Source: Cyanophyceae cyanobacterium (GTDB lineage: Bacteria; Cyanobacteriota; Cyanobacteriia; Cyanobacteriales; Laspinemataceae). From it: 64,000 bases of DNA. The stretch spans positions 1 through 64,000 of the forward strand of contig JBBQFN010000001.1 in the NCBI GenBank assembly GCA_038321985.1, given 5' to 3'. The notes under the pieces were generated by a model. It saw only the letters and a list, made by a program, of their open reading frames with translations, searched no databases and had not been told where the DNA came from. The translations under genes and the position numbers were made by a program. Positions 52,653-62,552 of the stretch are shown here, one piece after another; the first letter of the stretch is position 1, and every line of letters starts with the position of its first letter.

Positions 52653-53111
52653 CTAACTTAATGAAACCGAACTGCGGGTATAGGAGGCTCGAAAACTCGG
52701 ATGAACTTTGCCTTGGATACGATTCCAGTAGTTAGAAATATCGCTAGCCAGTCCCACTTCAGCCGCCGCTCGACTGAGCATAGACTGTTGTCTTTTCTTG
52801 ATAGAATGACAGTTCGACAGGTTCAAAGCCCGAGCTTTTTCCTCTAAATTTAATGCCAATAACTGCTCAACCGATGAAGGGGTGGCTAAGACTGAAATAT
52901 CGGGGTCTGCTGTGGCTACAACGGGGGCCGTGCCTGGAGAAGAATTGATACTCCCATACAGGAGTGTAAAGGGGGGTTCCTCCATCGGATAGGTTGTGGT
53001 ATTGCTAAACCGCCAGTGTACCCCCCGATATTGACCGGGCATTTCTACGCTAATATTGGAGGCGGGAACGGGGTTAGATTCGTAGCTAACCACATGATAG
53101 GTGAGTTTCAT
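52653..53111 (-). CDS. gifB: Glutamine synthetase inactivating factor IF17 (DUF4278 + IF7-like domain)
   Basis: GQYRGV DUF4278 motif. KARAL...IKKRQQSMLSRAAAEVG...QGKVHPSFRASYTRSSVSLS matches the IF7/IF17 core. Confidence 0.88.
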   Translation of the reverse strand: MKLTYHVVSYESNPVPASNISVEMPGQYRGVHWRFSNTTTYPMEEPPFTLLYGSINSSPGTAPVVATADPDISVLATPSSVEQLLALNLEEKARALNLSNCHSIKKRQQSMLSRAAAEVGLASDISNYWNRIQGKVHPSFRASYTRSSVSLS

Positions 53112-53150
53112 TCGGGTCTACTCCTAAAACAGTCTCGGGATTGAGTGAGG

Positions 53151-53238
53151 CGCGTTCCTTCGGGAAAACCCCCTACTTCCGTCTCTGCCTGAGAGCTAAC
53201 ATTGAGCTAGTTTACCAAGCCGGTAGAGATGAACGTAT
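53151..53238 (-). ncRNA. Glutamine riboswitch class I (glnA motif)
   Basis: Minus strand CGTTCATCTC...GAGACGGAAGTAGGGGG-TTTT-CCCGAAGGAACGCG in the gifB 5' UTR. Confidence 0.9.
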
Positions 53239-53248
53239 CCATAAATTC

Positions 53249-53264
53249 TGTATTAATTTTTACA
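53249..53264. promoter_or_regulatory. NtcA binding site over the gifB promoter (repressor position)
   Basis: TGTA-TTAATTTT-TACA, a perfect GTA-N8-TAC, between a minus-strand TTGACA and the riboswitch start. Confidence 0.8.
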
Positions 53265-53574
53265 GTTTTGTTTTTTTTTGTCAAGCCCGTTAGAATAGCT
53301 TTACAACGATTAAAGATACTCGCCAATTAGTTTTTAAATCACCTATTAACAGTGGCTCAGCGCAAAAAAAGACACCCTAACTAGGTGTCCCCCTTCAAAT
53401 TTTAAATCGGAGTGACTCAGACTAATTAGTGGGCCGATCCGTTTCCATGATAGTTATCAGAATCATAGAATCCGTTTTTGGTGCCAAAAAACAGGCAGGA
53501 TACGATAAACACAATGCTCAAAATCGGCAGAATTAATTTGATATCCATAAATTTCCAGTAAGAACAAAGCCAGG

Positions 53575-54183
53575 ATGAATGAAACCCCAGTAGCTATTGT
53601 AGAACCTGAATGGCTGGCCCGTCCATCAATAGAGGTGGCACCGGCTTTAATTGGCTGCGGTTTGGTGCGCGAACTGCCCAATGGACAACGGATTCGGGGG
53701 ATGATTGTAGAAACAGAAGCTTATGAACCCGGAGATCCGGCTAATCATGGCTACCGACGCCGCACCCCTCGCAATGAGGCCATGTTTGGGCCAGCGGGAA
53801 CCATTTATGTTTATCTGATTTATGGGATGTACCACTGTCTGAATATTGCAACCGATCGCGAGGGGGTTGCCAGTGCTGTATTGATTCGTGCTTTACAATT
53901 GGAGACGATGCCGCCCTGGATTCAAACGCCGGAGAAACTATCTCGCATTGCCGCAGGACCGGGTAAACTTTGTCGCACCCTGCAAATCGATCGCAGCTTG
54001 AACGATCGCCCATTACAGGCAGGCAGTGCGCTGTCGTTAGAACACCGCCCCCTAGAATTTCAGCAGCAGTTAGAAGCAGGGGCGATGGGACTGGTTCAAA
54101 CCTTCCGGATTGGAATTTCTGTAGGAACGGAATTACCTTGGCGCTGGTATTTGGCAAACAGTCCCTCCGTCTCAAAACCTTAA
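53575..54183 (+). CDS. mpg: DNA-3-methyladenine glycosylase (MPG/AAG family)
   Basis: IVETEAY, YVYLIYGMYHCLN, AVLIRA, GPGKLC, RIGIS, PWR. Confidence 0.93.
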   Translation: MNETPVAIVEPEWLARPSIEVAPALIGCGLVRELPNGQRIRGMIVETEAYEPGDPANHGYRRRTPRNEAMFGPAGTIYVYLIYGMYHCLNIATDREGVASAVLIRALQLETMPPWIQTPEKLSRIAAGPGKLCRTLQIDRSLNDRPLQAGSALSLEHRPLEFQQQLEAGAMGLVQTFRIGISVGTELPWRWYLANSPSVSKP

Positions 54184-54208
54184 AAATTTGAGTCGTTGAG
54201 TAAGCCTC

Positions 54209-54748
54209 TTAAATTTCCAAGGGTTCTCCGCGATCGGTAAATTCAACCGTCTCGATCTGCCACTGGGGATTTTCCGTTAAAGTCCTTTCCAGACTGCCGA
54301 AGAGGGAAAACCGCTCACAGCTAGAAAGGGAAACGAATTGACGTTCAGAACTAGGGTCTGCACGCAGATCCACCGTGGCAATTCTGGTGGTGTTATCCAC
54401 CGTCACCCGATAACCAACGATATCAAAATCAACAGTGCCCGCGTTTTGGATGACTTGAGCAACTGCCGCCTCAATGGGGCGATCGCCCGGAACCGTCACC
54501 GTTTGCGGGAGGAGTTCTTGACATTGGGGGTCTGCTTCGTAAATCGTTACGTTAGCCGTCGCGACGGATTGGGGTTGCTGGGAATCGGGGGATCCCGTGC
54601 CATTGGTAGGGGATGAGGGCATCCCCGGGTCCGTTCTGGGTGCTGTACCACACCCCGTTACGGACAAGAAAATCAAGAGAGTGATGCCAACGATCGGCTT
54701 GGCTATATATTTTTTGAGGATAGAATTCGAGTGAAAAACTTTTTGCAT
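54209..54748 (-). CDS. GerMN-like domain lipoprotein
   Basis: Lipobox-like SVTGC after a hydrophobic stretch; [28 protein letters not shown]. The only plausible ATG is at 54748. Confidence 0.75.
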   Translation of the reverse strand: MQKVFHSNSILKKYIAKPIVGITLLIFLSVTGCGTAPRTDPGMPSSPTNGTGSPDSQQPQSVATANVTIYEADPQCQELLPQTVTVPGDRPIEAAVAQVIQNAGTVDFDIVGYRVTVDNTTRIATVDLRADPSSERQFVSLSSCERFSLFGSLERTLTENPQWQIETVEFTDRGEPLEI

Positions 54749-55739
54749 GGCTACTACCTGGACTCGCCGCCACATTATTTCGCTGGCTGATTTTGTTTCT
54801 TCAGAATACGATACGGTGTTGCAAACTGCCGCTAGTTTTGGGGAAGTCCTTTCCCGACGGATGAAAAAAGTCCCTACCCTGCAAGGGCAGGTGGTGGCAA
54901 ATTTATTTTTTGAACCCTCCACACGCACCCGCAGCAGTTTTGAACTCGCTGCGAAACGACTCTCCGCAGATACCCTAAATTTTGCCCCCGGATCCTCTTC
55001 CCTGACGAAAGGGGAGACCATTTTAGATACTGCCAAGACTTATTTGGCAATGGGTACGGATTTGATGGTGATTCGCCATCGGGAGGCGGGAGTACCCCAG
55101 GCGATCGCGACAGAAATGGACCGACTCGGCGCAAAAGTTGGGGTCCTGAATGCCGGAGACGGGCAACATGAACATCCCTCTCAAGGATTGCTGGATTTAT
55201 TTACCATCTGTTCCCTGCTGGATCGAGATCATCCCCGTTTAGAACTGCTTCAGGGCAAAAAAATTGCCATCGTGGGGGATATTCTGCATTCGCGGGTAGC
55301 GCGCTCAAATATTTGGAGTTTGACGGCAGCAACCGGCGCGGAACTACATCTGGCGGGACCTCCGACCCTCTTACCCCAACTCTTTGCCGAGATGGGCGTC
55401 GGGAGATCCGGCCAGTTATCGTTACATTGGAGCGTAGAAGAAGCCCTGGAAAATGCTGATTTTGTGATGACTTTACGATTGCAAAAGGAGCGGATGAGCC
55501 AGCATTTGTTACCCAGTTTGAGGGAGTATCATCAACACTATGGGATTACCCGCGATCGCCTCCGACTCTGTAACCCGAATGTCAAAATTTTACATCCTGG
55601 CCCGGTGAATCGGGGGGTAGAAATCAGCTCCGACCTGATGGATGACCCCCAGTTTAGCCTAATTTCCCAGCAAGTCACCTCCGGGGTCGCTGTTCGCATG
55701 GCCCTGCTCTATTTGATGGGAGGTGGAAAGGTTCAGTAG
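54747..55739 (+). CDS. pyrB: Aspartate carbamoyltransferase catalytic subunit
   Basis: [39 protein letters not shown]. Confidence 0.98.
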   Translation: MATTWTRRHIISLADFVSSEYDTVLQTAASFGEVLSRRMKKVPTLQGQVVANLFFEPSTRTRSSFELAAKRLSADTLNFAPGSSSLTKGETILDTAKTYLAMGTDLMVIRHREAGVPQAIATEMDRLGAKVGVLNAGDGQHEHPSQGLLDLFTICSLLDRDHPRLELLQGKKIAIVGDILHSRVARSNIWSLTAATGAELHLAGPPTLLPQLFAEMGVGRSGQLSLHWSVEEALENADFVMTLRLQKERMSQHLLPSLREYHQHYGITRDRLRLCNPNVKILHPGPVNRGVEISSDLMDDPQFSLISQQVTSGVAVRMALLYLMGGGKVQ

Positions 55740-55794
55740 AATGGATAGGGGGATTTTAAACTAAGTTATAACTGACCCTCAAGAAGCATCAACC

Positions 55795-56289
55795 ATGACC
55801 AACCAAACCTTGCCAATCTCGGTCCCCGAGGCGATCGCTTCTTCAAATGGCGATCGCTTTGCCCTGACCTTCGCCCCCTTATCTCTAGAAGAAGTTTACG
55901 CCCTTGCTGATGACCCGGGCAATGGTGCAGTGGTGGTCATGAGTGGCATGGTTCGCAATCAAACCGATGGGAAACCTGTAGTCGCCTTGGAGTATCAAGC
56001 CTACGCACCTATGGCCGTGGCGGTATTTGGGCAAATTGCCGCCTCGATCCGGTCCACTTGGCCCGATATAAATCGCGTCGTCCTGTTTCATCGTACAGGG
56101 CGCTTACAAATTGGCGAAATTAGCGTCTTAGTTGCGGTGGGTTCTCCCCATAGGCGAGAGGCATTTGAAGCCTGCCAGTATGCGATCGATACCCTCAAGC
56201 ACAACGCCCCCATCTGGAAAAAAGAACATTGGGCTGATGGTTCCAGTTCTTGGGTCAGTATCGGCGCTTGTGAAACCCCGAACGAGTGA
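55795..56289 (+). CDS. moaE: Molybdopterin synthase large subunit
   Basis: GMVRN, LEYQAY, HRTGRL, SPHR, PIWKKE. Confidence 0.95.
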   Translation: MTNQTLPISVPEAIASSNGDRFALTFAPLSLEEVYALADDPGNGAVVVMSGMVRNQTDGKPVVALEYQAYAPMAVAVFGQIAASIRSTWPDINRVVLFHRTGRLQIGEISVLVAVGSPHRREAFEACQYAIDTLKHNAPIWKKEHWADGSSSWVSIGACETPNE

Positions 56290-56534
56290 CAAAAAACCCG
56301 ATTTCTGGGAAAGGACATTAACTCTGGAACTGCTGACCCTGGGTTCCAATCGCTCAAAGTTTCCGAGCAATTGGTAAAAATAAGAAACAGGGGAAACAAT
56401 TGATCCTTTCATGAGTCTTGCACTCCACAGCGCCCAACTCCCAACTGCCACTCCCCCAACTCCTGGAAACGGGAACTTTTGTTAGGATAAAAGGGTCTTT
56501 ATTTATTGGAATGTTATAAAACCAATTCCACCCC

Positions 56535-57191
56535 ATGAGTTATACTCCTTCTACATCCTGGCAAACGGGGGAGGCCACAAATCCTCCAGCTTCAGTGCCA
56601 CCAGATAAACTATCAAACAACGATTTAGTCCTACGGTGTCAGGAGGGCCTCAGCCCAGACCGTCCGGCGTTTGCCGAACTGCTGCGCCGTTATCAGTCTC
56701 ATGTGGACAAAATTTTGTACCACTTGGCTCCTGATTGGCAAGACCGGGCAGATTTAGCCCAGGAAGTTTGGATTCGGGTTTACCGGAATGTCAAACGGTT
56801 AAACGACCCCGTTAAATTCCGGGGTTGGTTAAGCCGAATTGCCACTAATTTGTTTTACGACGAGCTCCGCAAGCGCAAGCGGGTGCGCGACCCCCTTTCT
56901 TTGGATGCCCCTCGAATGTTAGAGGATGGGCAAATGGATTGGGAAATAGCGGCGGATGAACCCGGTCCTGAAGATGACTTGACTACCCGCGAATTTTACG
57001 ACCAATTACGCGCCGCGATCGCGGATTTACCAGAAGTATTCCGCACGACTATTGTCCTGCGGGAAATTGAAGGGTTAGCTTACGAGGAAATTGCTGAAAT
57101 TACCGGCGTTTCTCTCGGAACCGTAAAATCTAGAATTGCCCGCGCCCGTCAGCGTCTGCAAGTTCAACTTCAAGGTTATTTGGACAGTTAG
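56535..57191 (+). CDS. sigG: ECF sigma factor SigG
   Basis: DLAQEVWIRVYR, WLSRIATNLFYDELRKRKR, GTVKSRIARAR. Confidence 0.9.
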   Translation: MSYTPSTSWQTGEATNPPASVPPDKLSNNDLVLRCQEGLSPDRPAFAELLRRYQSHVDKILYHLAPDWQDRADLAQEVWIRVYRNVKRLNDPVKFRGWLSRIATNLFYDELRKRKRVRDPLSLDAPRMLEDGQMDWEIAADEPGPEDDLTTREFYDQLRAAIADLPEVFRTTIVLREIEGLAYEEIAEITGVSLGTVKSRIARARQRLQVQLQGYLDS

Positions 57192-57357
57192 GCGTCGGGT
57201 TGTAGTATTTGAAGCGCAAGTTTCTGATGTAACTTAACGTTGGATTTTTTAACGTTAGACGCCAAATCTATTCAGATATGATTATTAGTAAACAATCTTG
57301 CTGTTGTGATTATTATTCAGGGTGCATTATCCAGTTTGACTTGGTGGTGGTATTAAC

Positions 57358-58509
57358 ATGAATCCTAACTATGAATCCCATCACGCTCCCAAAAAACAAA
57401 CCCAAGGGGGTTCACGATCTTTTAACTTAACCGATCGCAATCAGCCAATGGCAGCGTGCAATTCCGTGACCCCAGATTCAGTCCAGATCGAAGATCCGAC
57501 CGTAGAGCGAGTTGAGTTGCTCAGTGCTTACCTGGATGGTGAGGTAACACAGTCCGAACGTCAGCAAGTAGAAAGCTGGCTAGAAAATGATCCGGCACTC
57601 AGCGATTTACATTCACAACTTTTAGCCCTGCATCAGGGATGGATTTCTCTACCGGCACCGCCTGAAAACCAGCCTGTAGATGCCTTACTTAATAGTGTTT
57701 TTAGCCGTATTGACGAGATCGAACAACTAGAAGCCGTTACGCCGATGGTTGCCGAAAACGCCGTTGCCGCTATTCCTGCCGATCACTTTGAATTACTGAG
57801 TGCTTACCTGGATGGGGAAGCAACTCAGGCCGAATCTCAGCAAGTGGAAGGCTGGCTCTCCAGTGATGCCCCGTTTAGAAACTTACATTCGAGACTCTTA
57901 AGCCTGCATCAGGAATTGGTCTCATTACCGGCACCATCCGAAACGCAGCCTGTAGATACCTTACTTAATAGTGTCTTTAACCGCATTGACGAACTCGAAC
58001 GATTGGAAGCTAAAATTCCGATTGTTTGTGAAGGCGAAGATGTAGCACTCGCTACGGGACGCTTTGAATTAGTCAGTGCTTATATTGATGGCGAAGCAAC
58101 TCAGGCTGAACGTCGTCAGGTTCAAGACTGGCTCGATCGCGATCCCGAGGTCAAACGCCTGTATTTGAACTTGATTAAACTGCGGCAAAGTGTCCAAGTT
58201 TTGCCGGTTCCTGCGCCGGTGCAACCCGTGCAAGAAACGGTACAGAAATTGTTCCGACGCCTCGATCGCCAGCGTCATCGGCGAATTGTATGGGGTGGCG
58301 TGGCAGCTGCTGCGTTGATTTTAGCCGGGTTATCTAGTCTAATTTTCCGCGATCGCACTTATAGCCCTCAGATGGCAACGGTCCCAGAAGTCCAAACGCC
58401 TTCCGAACGGTTGATGATTGCCTTAAATGGGCCCGTTGTAGAGATTCCAGAAGCTCCAAAAGCCACGGAACAAAAACCCATTGAATCCCGCGCTCTATTT
58501 GTGGAATGA
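57358..58509 (+). CDS. Anti-sigma factor with triplicated cytoplasmic module and one TM helix
   Basis: ELLSAYLDGE/ELVSAYIDGE occurs three times, then TM WGGVAAAALILAGLSSLIF; lies directly after sigG. Confidence 0.87.
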   Translation: MNPNYESHHAPKKQTQGGSRSFNLTDRNQPMAACNSVTPDSVQIEDPTVERVELLSAYLDGEVTQSERQQVESWLENDPALSDLHSQLLALHQGWISLPAPPENQPVDALLNSVFSRIDEIEQLEAVTPMVAENAVAAIPADHFELLSAYLDGEATQAESQQVEGWLSSDAPFRNLHSRLLSLHQELVSLPAPSETQPVDTLLNSVFNRIDELERLEAKIPIVCEGEDVALATGRFELVSAYIDGEATQAERRQVQDWLDRDPEVKRLYLNLIKLRQSVQVLPVPAPVQPVQETVQKLFRRLDRQRHRRIVWGGVAAAALILAGLSSLIFRDRTYSPQMATVPEVQTPSERLMIALNGPVVEIPEAPKATEQKPIESRALFVE

Positions 58510-58683
58510 GGGGATACCCGCAATCGATTCCACCAGAAATCAGACTCACGGAACAGAAGGTCCATTCTGAAATGGATTGCCCCTGGGAGGGAGTCTAGTT
58601 GATGTGAAACGGGCCGTGATAATACAGACAAACCTAAATTGGGGTGAAAAGAACCCATAAAATAGGTGTTACGAACGGCGATC

Positions 58684-58744
58684 GCCCATAGCTAAAGCGA
58701 CTCCTTTTCCCTAATATGGGAATAGATCACAGCTATGGGCTTTT
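58684..58744 (+). terminator. Probable terminator/hairpin after the sigG operon
   Basis: GCCCATAGCT...AGCTATGGGC-TTTT with an inner TTCCC/GGGAA stem. Confidence 0.55.
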
Positions 58745-59851
58745 ATCCATCCGTGCAGGGGGTCCGGTCTACCGTAAATGAAGGAAATTCTCAGAATTTT
58801 TTTATGAAAACTCTTCATTAATGGAGTAGAAAGAATTGTTTTGCTCGGCCCCAACAATTTTTCGTGGGATTAGAGAAAAAGGAATGGGAGGAGAGAAACC
58901 GGGGTTTCTTTCTAGGGCGTCCGTATAATCTCTGATGCCTAATTTTTGAACCTACCGGATGGATCGAAACCCCCTATTTAGATAGAAAGCTAATTTTTTG
59001 TCTCTACCTGCTTTTAAGATACCCAATATTCTAGGCGATCGCACTGTTGAGATGAGAAAAAAGAAATTATAAAAAATTCCAATTTTACTTAGGAAGTCTT
59101 TTTTCTCAGTAATTTCTCGGATGATTGAGACCCCTTCCGGGGAAATCTTAACTCACCCATCCAGATGAATGGAATCAGCTACAACCCGTAGAGTTTTCTC
59201 CTCCCCAGAGCATTACCCTGGGGGAATAAATTTTTAGATTCCTTCTGTTTCTTGACTCTTCTCTCATGTCCCTGTAAAGGTTTTAAAAAATTTTTAGAGA
59301 CTTTTTAGAGGGAATCGATAAAGAATCAGCTTTACTAAAGATTTACAAACCTGGTCCTGTTATATAGGGAACAATAGGATTAATATCATATCAATGATTT
59401 TACAGCCTCCTCCTTTAGAGTGAAACTCTAAACCGGGATTATACTGTTGGTAGATACTTTAAAGGGGATGACGAGAGGCACTCTTAAATCTCATACTTTA
59501 GGAAAGCGAAACCCGCACCCTGAATTTCCGTCTTCGATCGGATAGGGGTAAGTTTAGAGGTCCATGATTTCGGCAGGGTCCTTTTGTAGAGGGGCGGAGT
59601 GGAAGAGTCATCGAAGCATAACCCCTTAAAACAGAGTTACCCAGTTAGGTTTAGCTGTTTAGAATCGCTTCCTTGCCTAGAGTGCAATCACTTGGGCGAT
59701 CGCAATTATTCCCTCGGAAACAAATTTGTTGAGGGGGCTTCATAAAAGTTAACCGAGGGGTGAGGGATACCAGACAAATTGATGGGTGAAATTCAGGATA
59801 AATTTGAAACATTTAAACGTCATTCTATTTAGTCTATACAGGAGAAAACCA

Positions 59852-60397
59852 ATGAATCTTAAACAGGTATTGCAACTGGCGATCGCGGGTGTTGTAGCAA
59901 CCGCCGTCCCCCTACTCAGCGCCCAACAATCCAACGCTCAGTCAGCCACTCCCGTCCAATCCTTTCAGTGTCAAATTTCTCCTGATCAACTCTTTGTTAC
60001 TCTAGCCGTTCGACAAGACGGACAGGTTTCCGACCCGCTGATCGTCTGGAAAACTGAAGAATTTAGCGGAGCCGGATATACCCCAGAACGACGGTGTACA
60101 GAGGTAACAAGTCGGCTCAATACCCTCTTACAGGAGAATGAGCAGAGTTTAAAGGGACTGTACATGACTGCTGGGTTGGTTAATGGTGAGGCAGTCCTGT
60201 GCGCTGTCAGCAGTACCCGATCAGGTTGTAACACCAGAAATGTGCTGTTTACCCTCAACCACGCCAATCGTCGCAACCCGAGCCAAATGTTACGAAATCT
60301 GGCAAGTGCTGGGGTGGTGGGTAGCGGTAACGCCATTCAAGAGTCGGGAGGACAACCCTATGTTGATTTAGAAATTTTAGTCAATCAACTGTTCTAA
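59852..60397 (+). CDS. COP23 domain secreted protein (copy 1)
   Basis: Signal peptide; FQC, LIVW, GYTPERRCTEVTSR, GLVNGEAVLC, GC...LFTL. Confidence 0.85.
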   Translation: MNLKQVLQLAIAGVVATAVPLLSAQQSNAQSATPVQSFQCQISPDQLFVTLAVRQDGQVSDPLIVWKTEEFSGAGYTPERRCTEVTSRLNTLLQENEQSLKGLYMTAGLVNGEAVLCAVSSTRSGCNTRNVLFTLNHANRRNPSQMLRNLASAGVVGSGNAIQESGGQPYVDLEILVNQLF

Positions 60398-60511
60398 TCA
60401 TCCTACTCCTTGAAAGTTGTACAAAGCATTTTGCTGGAAATCGCCCATGCTTGGCGAGCTGGAATGGCAGGGTTTCAGTCGATTGGTCCAGTCAGAAAAG
60501 AGAACCGAAAT

Positions 60512-61086
60512 ATGAGCCCGAAAAAAATAGGCCGATGGGTTGCAGCCTTTTTACTGGCAACCCAAGGAAGTTTACTCCTATCCCCAAACAGTACCGCGTC
60601 TTCCCCCAGTTCAGTGGTGTCCTTTGAATGCCAGCCCTTGGAGAGCTTTTATACGATTCGAGCCGTCCGAACCGATGGCGTCGTATCAGAGCCGATGATG
60701 TCTTGGAGAAATCAAGACAACAGCAGTTCCGGTGAATCAATAGAAGCTAACTGCCAGCAGGTATCAGACCGACTCAATGCAGTTTTCCAACAAAATGGGG
60801 ACAGCCTCAGTGGGTTATATCTCACCGTAGGCCGAGTCAATGGGGATATGGTTGTTTGTGCGGTAAATAGGACCGATATCGGCTGCAATCGCCAAAATGT
60901 GTTGTTTAGTTTCAATGGCAATAATCGAGTAGAACCCGCTAAATTGTTGACCGGATTGCTCGGGACTGATGGGTTAGTTAACCTAGTCGTAGTGGGGAAT
61001 TTATTGCAGGATTTTTCCCCCCTGCCTACGCTAATTTTGACCGGGTAGTTGACATACTGTTTGAGTCCTCAGGAGAAAATAAGTGA
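60512..61086 (+). CDS. COP23 domain secreted protein (copy 2), apparent 1-bp frameshift at 61012-61022
   Basis: FEC, MMSW, CQQVSDR, GRVNGDMVVC, GC...LFSF. The paralogue-like tail AYANFDRVVDILF is in the -1 frame and ends at TGA 61084-61086. Confidence 0.75.
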
Positions 61087-61095
61087 GGAAAGCTT

Positions 61096-61206
61096 ATGCG
61101 CTTTATTGAAGATAGCCGGCGATTCCGGCGGAACCCGGAGCGAATACGCAAGAGTGCAGTGCATGATTGCGCCCGTTGCCAGCCTGTTGATAAGGGAGAT
61201 TGGTAA
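61096..61206 (+). CDS. Candidate 36-aa basic CxxC peptide (not in ORF track)
   Basis: TGAGGA RBS 7 nt before ATG; MRFIEDSRRFRRNPERIRKSAVHDCARCQPVDKGDW; a terminator starts 4 nt after the stop. Confidence 0.45.
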   Translation: MRFIEDSRRFRRNPERIRKSAVHDCARCQPVDKGDW

Positions 61207-61209
61207 ATG

Positions 61210-61244
61210 ACCTAGAGAGAGATGAAACTTTCTCTAGGTTTTTT
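61210..61244 (+). terminator. Intrinsic terminator
   Basis: ACCTAGAGA...TCTCTAGGT-TTTTT. Confidence 0.75.
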
Positions 61245-61452
61245 ATTCAGGAAAATAAAGGAGAAAATATAAATTTACCCCGGAGCAATTGCTGCTTTGT
61301 GCAGGTCCGATTAAAAAAGCTCTATCATGAGTCGGTGGCAACCCTGATTAGAATTCGAGATCAAGGGTGTAACCTATAAAGAAAGCACTACCTTAAAAGG
61401 TCCAAATTTCTCCCGTTAAATCTTTCTCAAAACTCTATATTAGCCAATTTGT

Positions 61453-62421
61453 ATGATATTCTTTTGCCGATTTCCTGCCTATTTGTTGGCAACAACAGCA
61501 GCATTGGCGATCGCAATTCCCTTGATGGCGAGTTCATCCTTGGCCCCCGAACAGGTAAATGCGATCGCCTCCCAAACCACGGTCATTATCGGACAAGGAT
61601 TACAAGAAGGAGATATCGAAGCTAGACAAGAATGGAATCCTGGATCCGGCGTGATTGTGGCACGAGACGGGAATATTTACTCCGTCTTAACAGCACTGCA
61701 CGTGGTCAGAACCCGAGAAGTCGTTTATGGGGTGAGGACCAGTGATGGGAAAGTTCATGTAGTTGATGACGTGGACACCCAAAGTAATATTATCGCCCTT
61801 GGGGAAGAACAAGGCGAATTAGGCGAGACGATTGAGGGCCTAGATCTAGCGATTGTCACTTTTAAAAGCAACCTCGATTATCCGATCGCTGTGATGGGAG
61901 AATCGGACCCTATTCATCGCGGAGAGCCCGTCTATATCTCCGGGTGGCCCAATCCCGATGATGAAAGCGCCCGCAGAGTCCGCGAATTCCAGGAAGGCAA
62001 CCTCACAGATATCGCTAATCCTCCCTCGGTTGATGGGGGATACAGCTTGCTCTATACCAACGAAACTAAGCGGGGAATGAGCGGGGGTCCGGTTTTTAAC
62101 CAAGATGGGGAATTAGTCGGCATTCACGGCAGGGGACGTGCTCAGGAAGAGCGTTATTGTGTTGATCGTGAGTTAAGCCAGAATAATAGTTGTGGGATCC
62201 AAACCCTACATTTTATCGATCGCGTTCAACGGGAGGGACTGGTCCTGGCATTTGCTTCACCCCCCATCGATCCGGCGGTGATCGTCCACGGCATGGCAAA
62301 TATGGAAGAGGCGGACACTATCGAAGATATTTATAAAGATTTTACTTTCTTGCGATCGCTCCTCCGAGATGGCCCCTCTGGAGGTTGTTCCAGTCTCTTA
62401 CTCGGAGAACCCTGCGATTGA
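61453..62421 (+). CDS. Secreted trypsin-like serine protease
   Basis: Signal peptide; triad motifs TALHVV, DLAI, GMSGGP; LVGIHG. Confidence 0.9.
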   Translation: MIFFCRFPAYLLATTAALAIAIPLMASSSLAPEQVNAIASQTTVIIGQGLQEGDIEARQEWNPGSGVIVARDGNIYSVLTALHVVRTREVVYGVRTSDGKVHVVDDVDTQSNIIALGEEQGELGETIEGLDLAIVTFKSNLDYPIAVMGESDPIHRGEPVYISGWPNPDDESARRVREFQEGNLTDIANPPSVDGGYSLLYTNETKRGMSGGPVFNQDGELVGIHGRGRAQEERYCVDRELSQNNSCGIQTLHFIDRVQREGLVLAFASPPIDPAVIVHGMANMEEADTIEDIYKDFTFLRSLLRDGPSGGCSSLLLGEPCD

Positions 62422-62552
62422 GGTGCTATTAATTTCCCCGTTTTGAGACCTGTTCTTAGACAATGGGATGGGAAACACCCTACCCCACTCTTCCCCGTTA
62501 TGTGGCATTTTATCGCACAGACCTTATCCACAGCTTGTTTTATTTGATTCCA

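Noticed and set aside
54749..55036. Upstream extension of the 275-aa minus-strand ORF
   Set aside because: Antisense to conserved pyrB codons; the signal peptide begins downstream of 54748.
56433..56463. CCCAACT-like heptamer repeats
   Set aside because: Short, degenerate STRR-type repeats, common in filamentous cyanobacteria.
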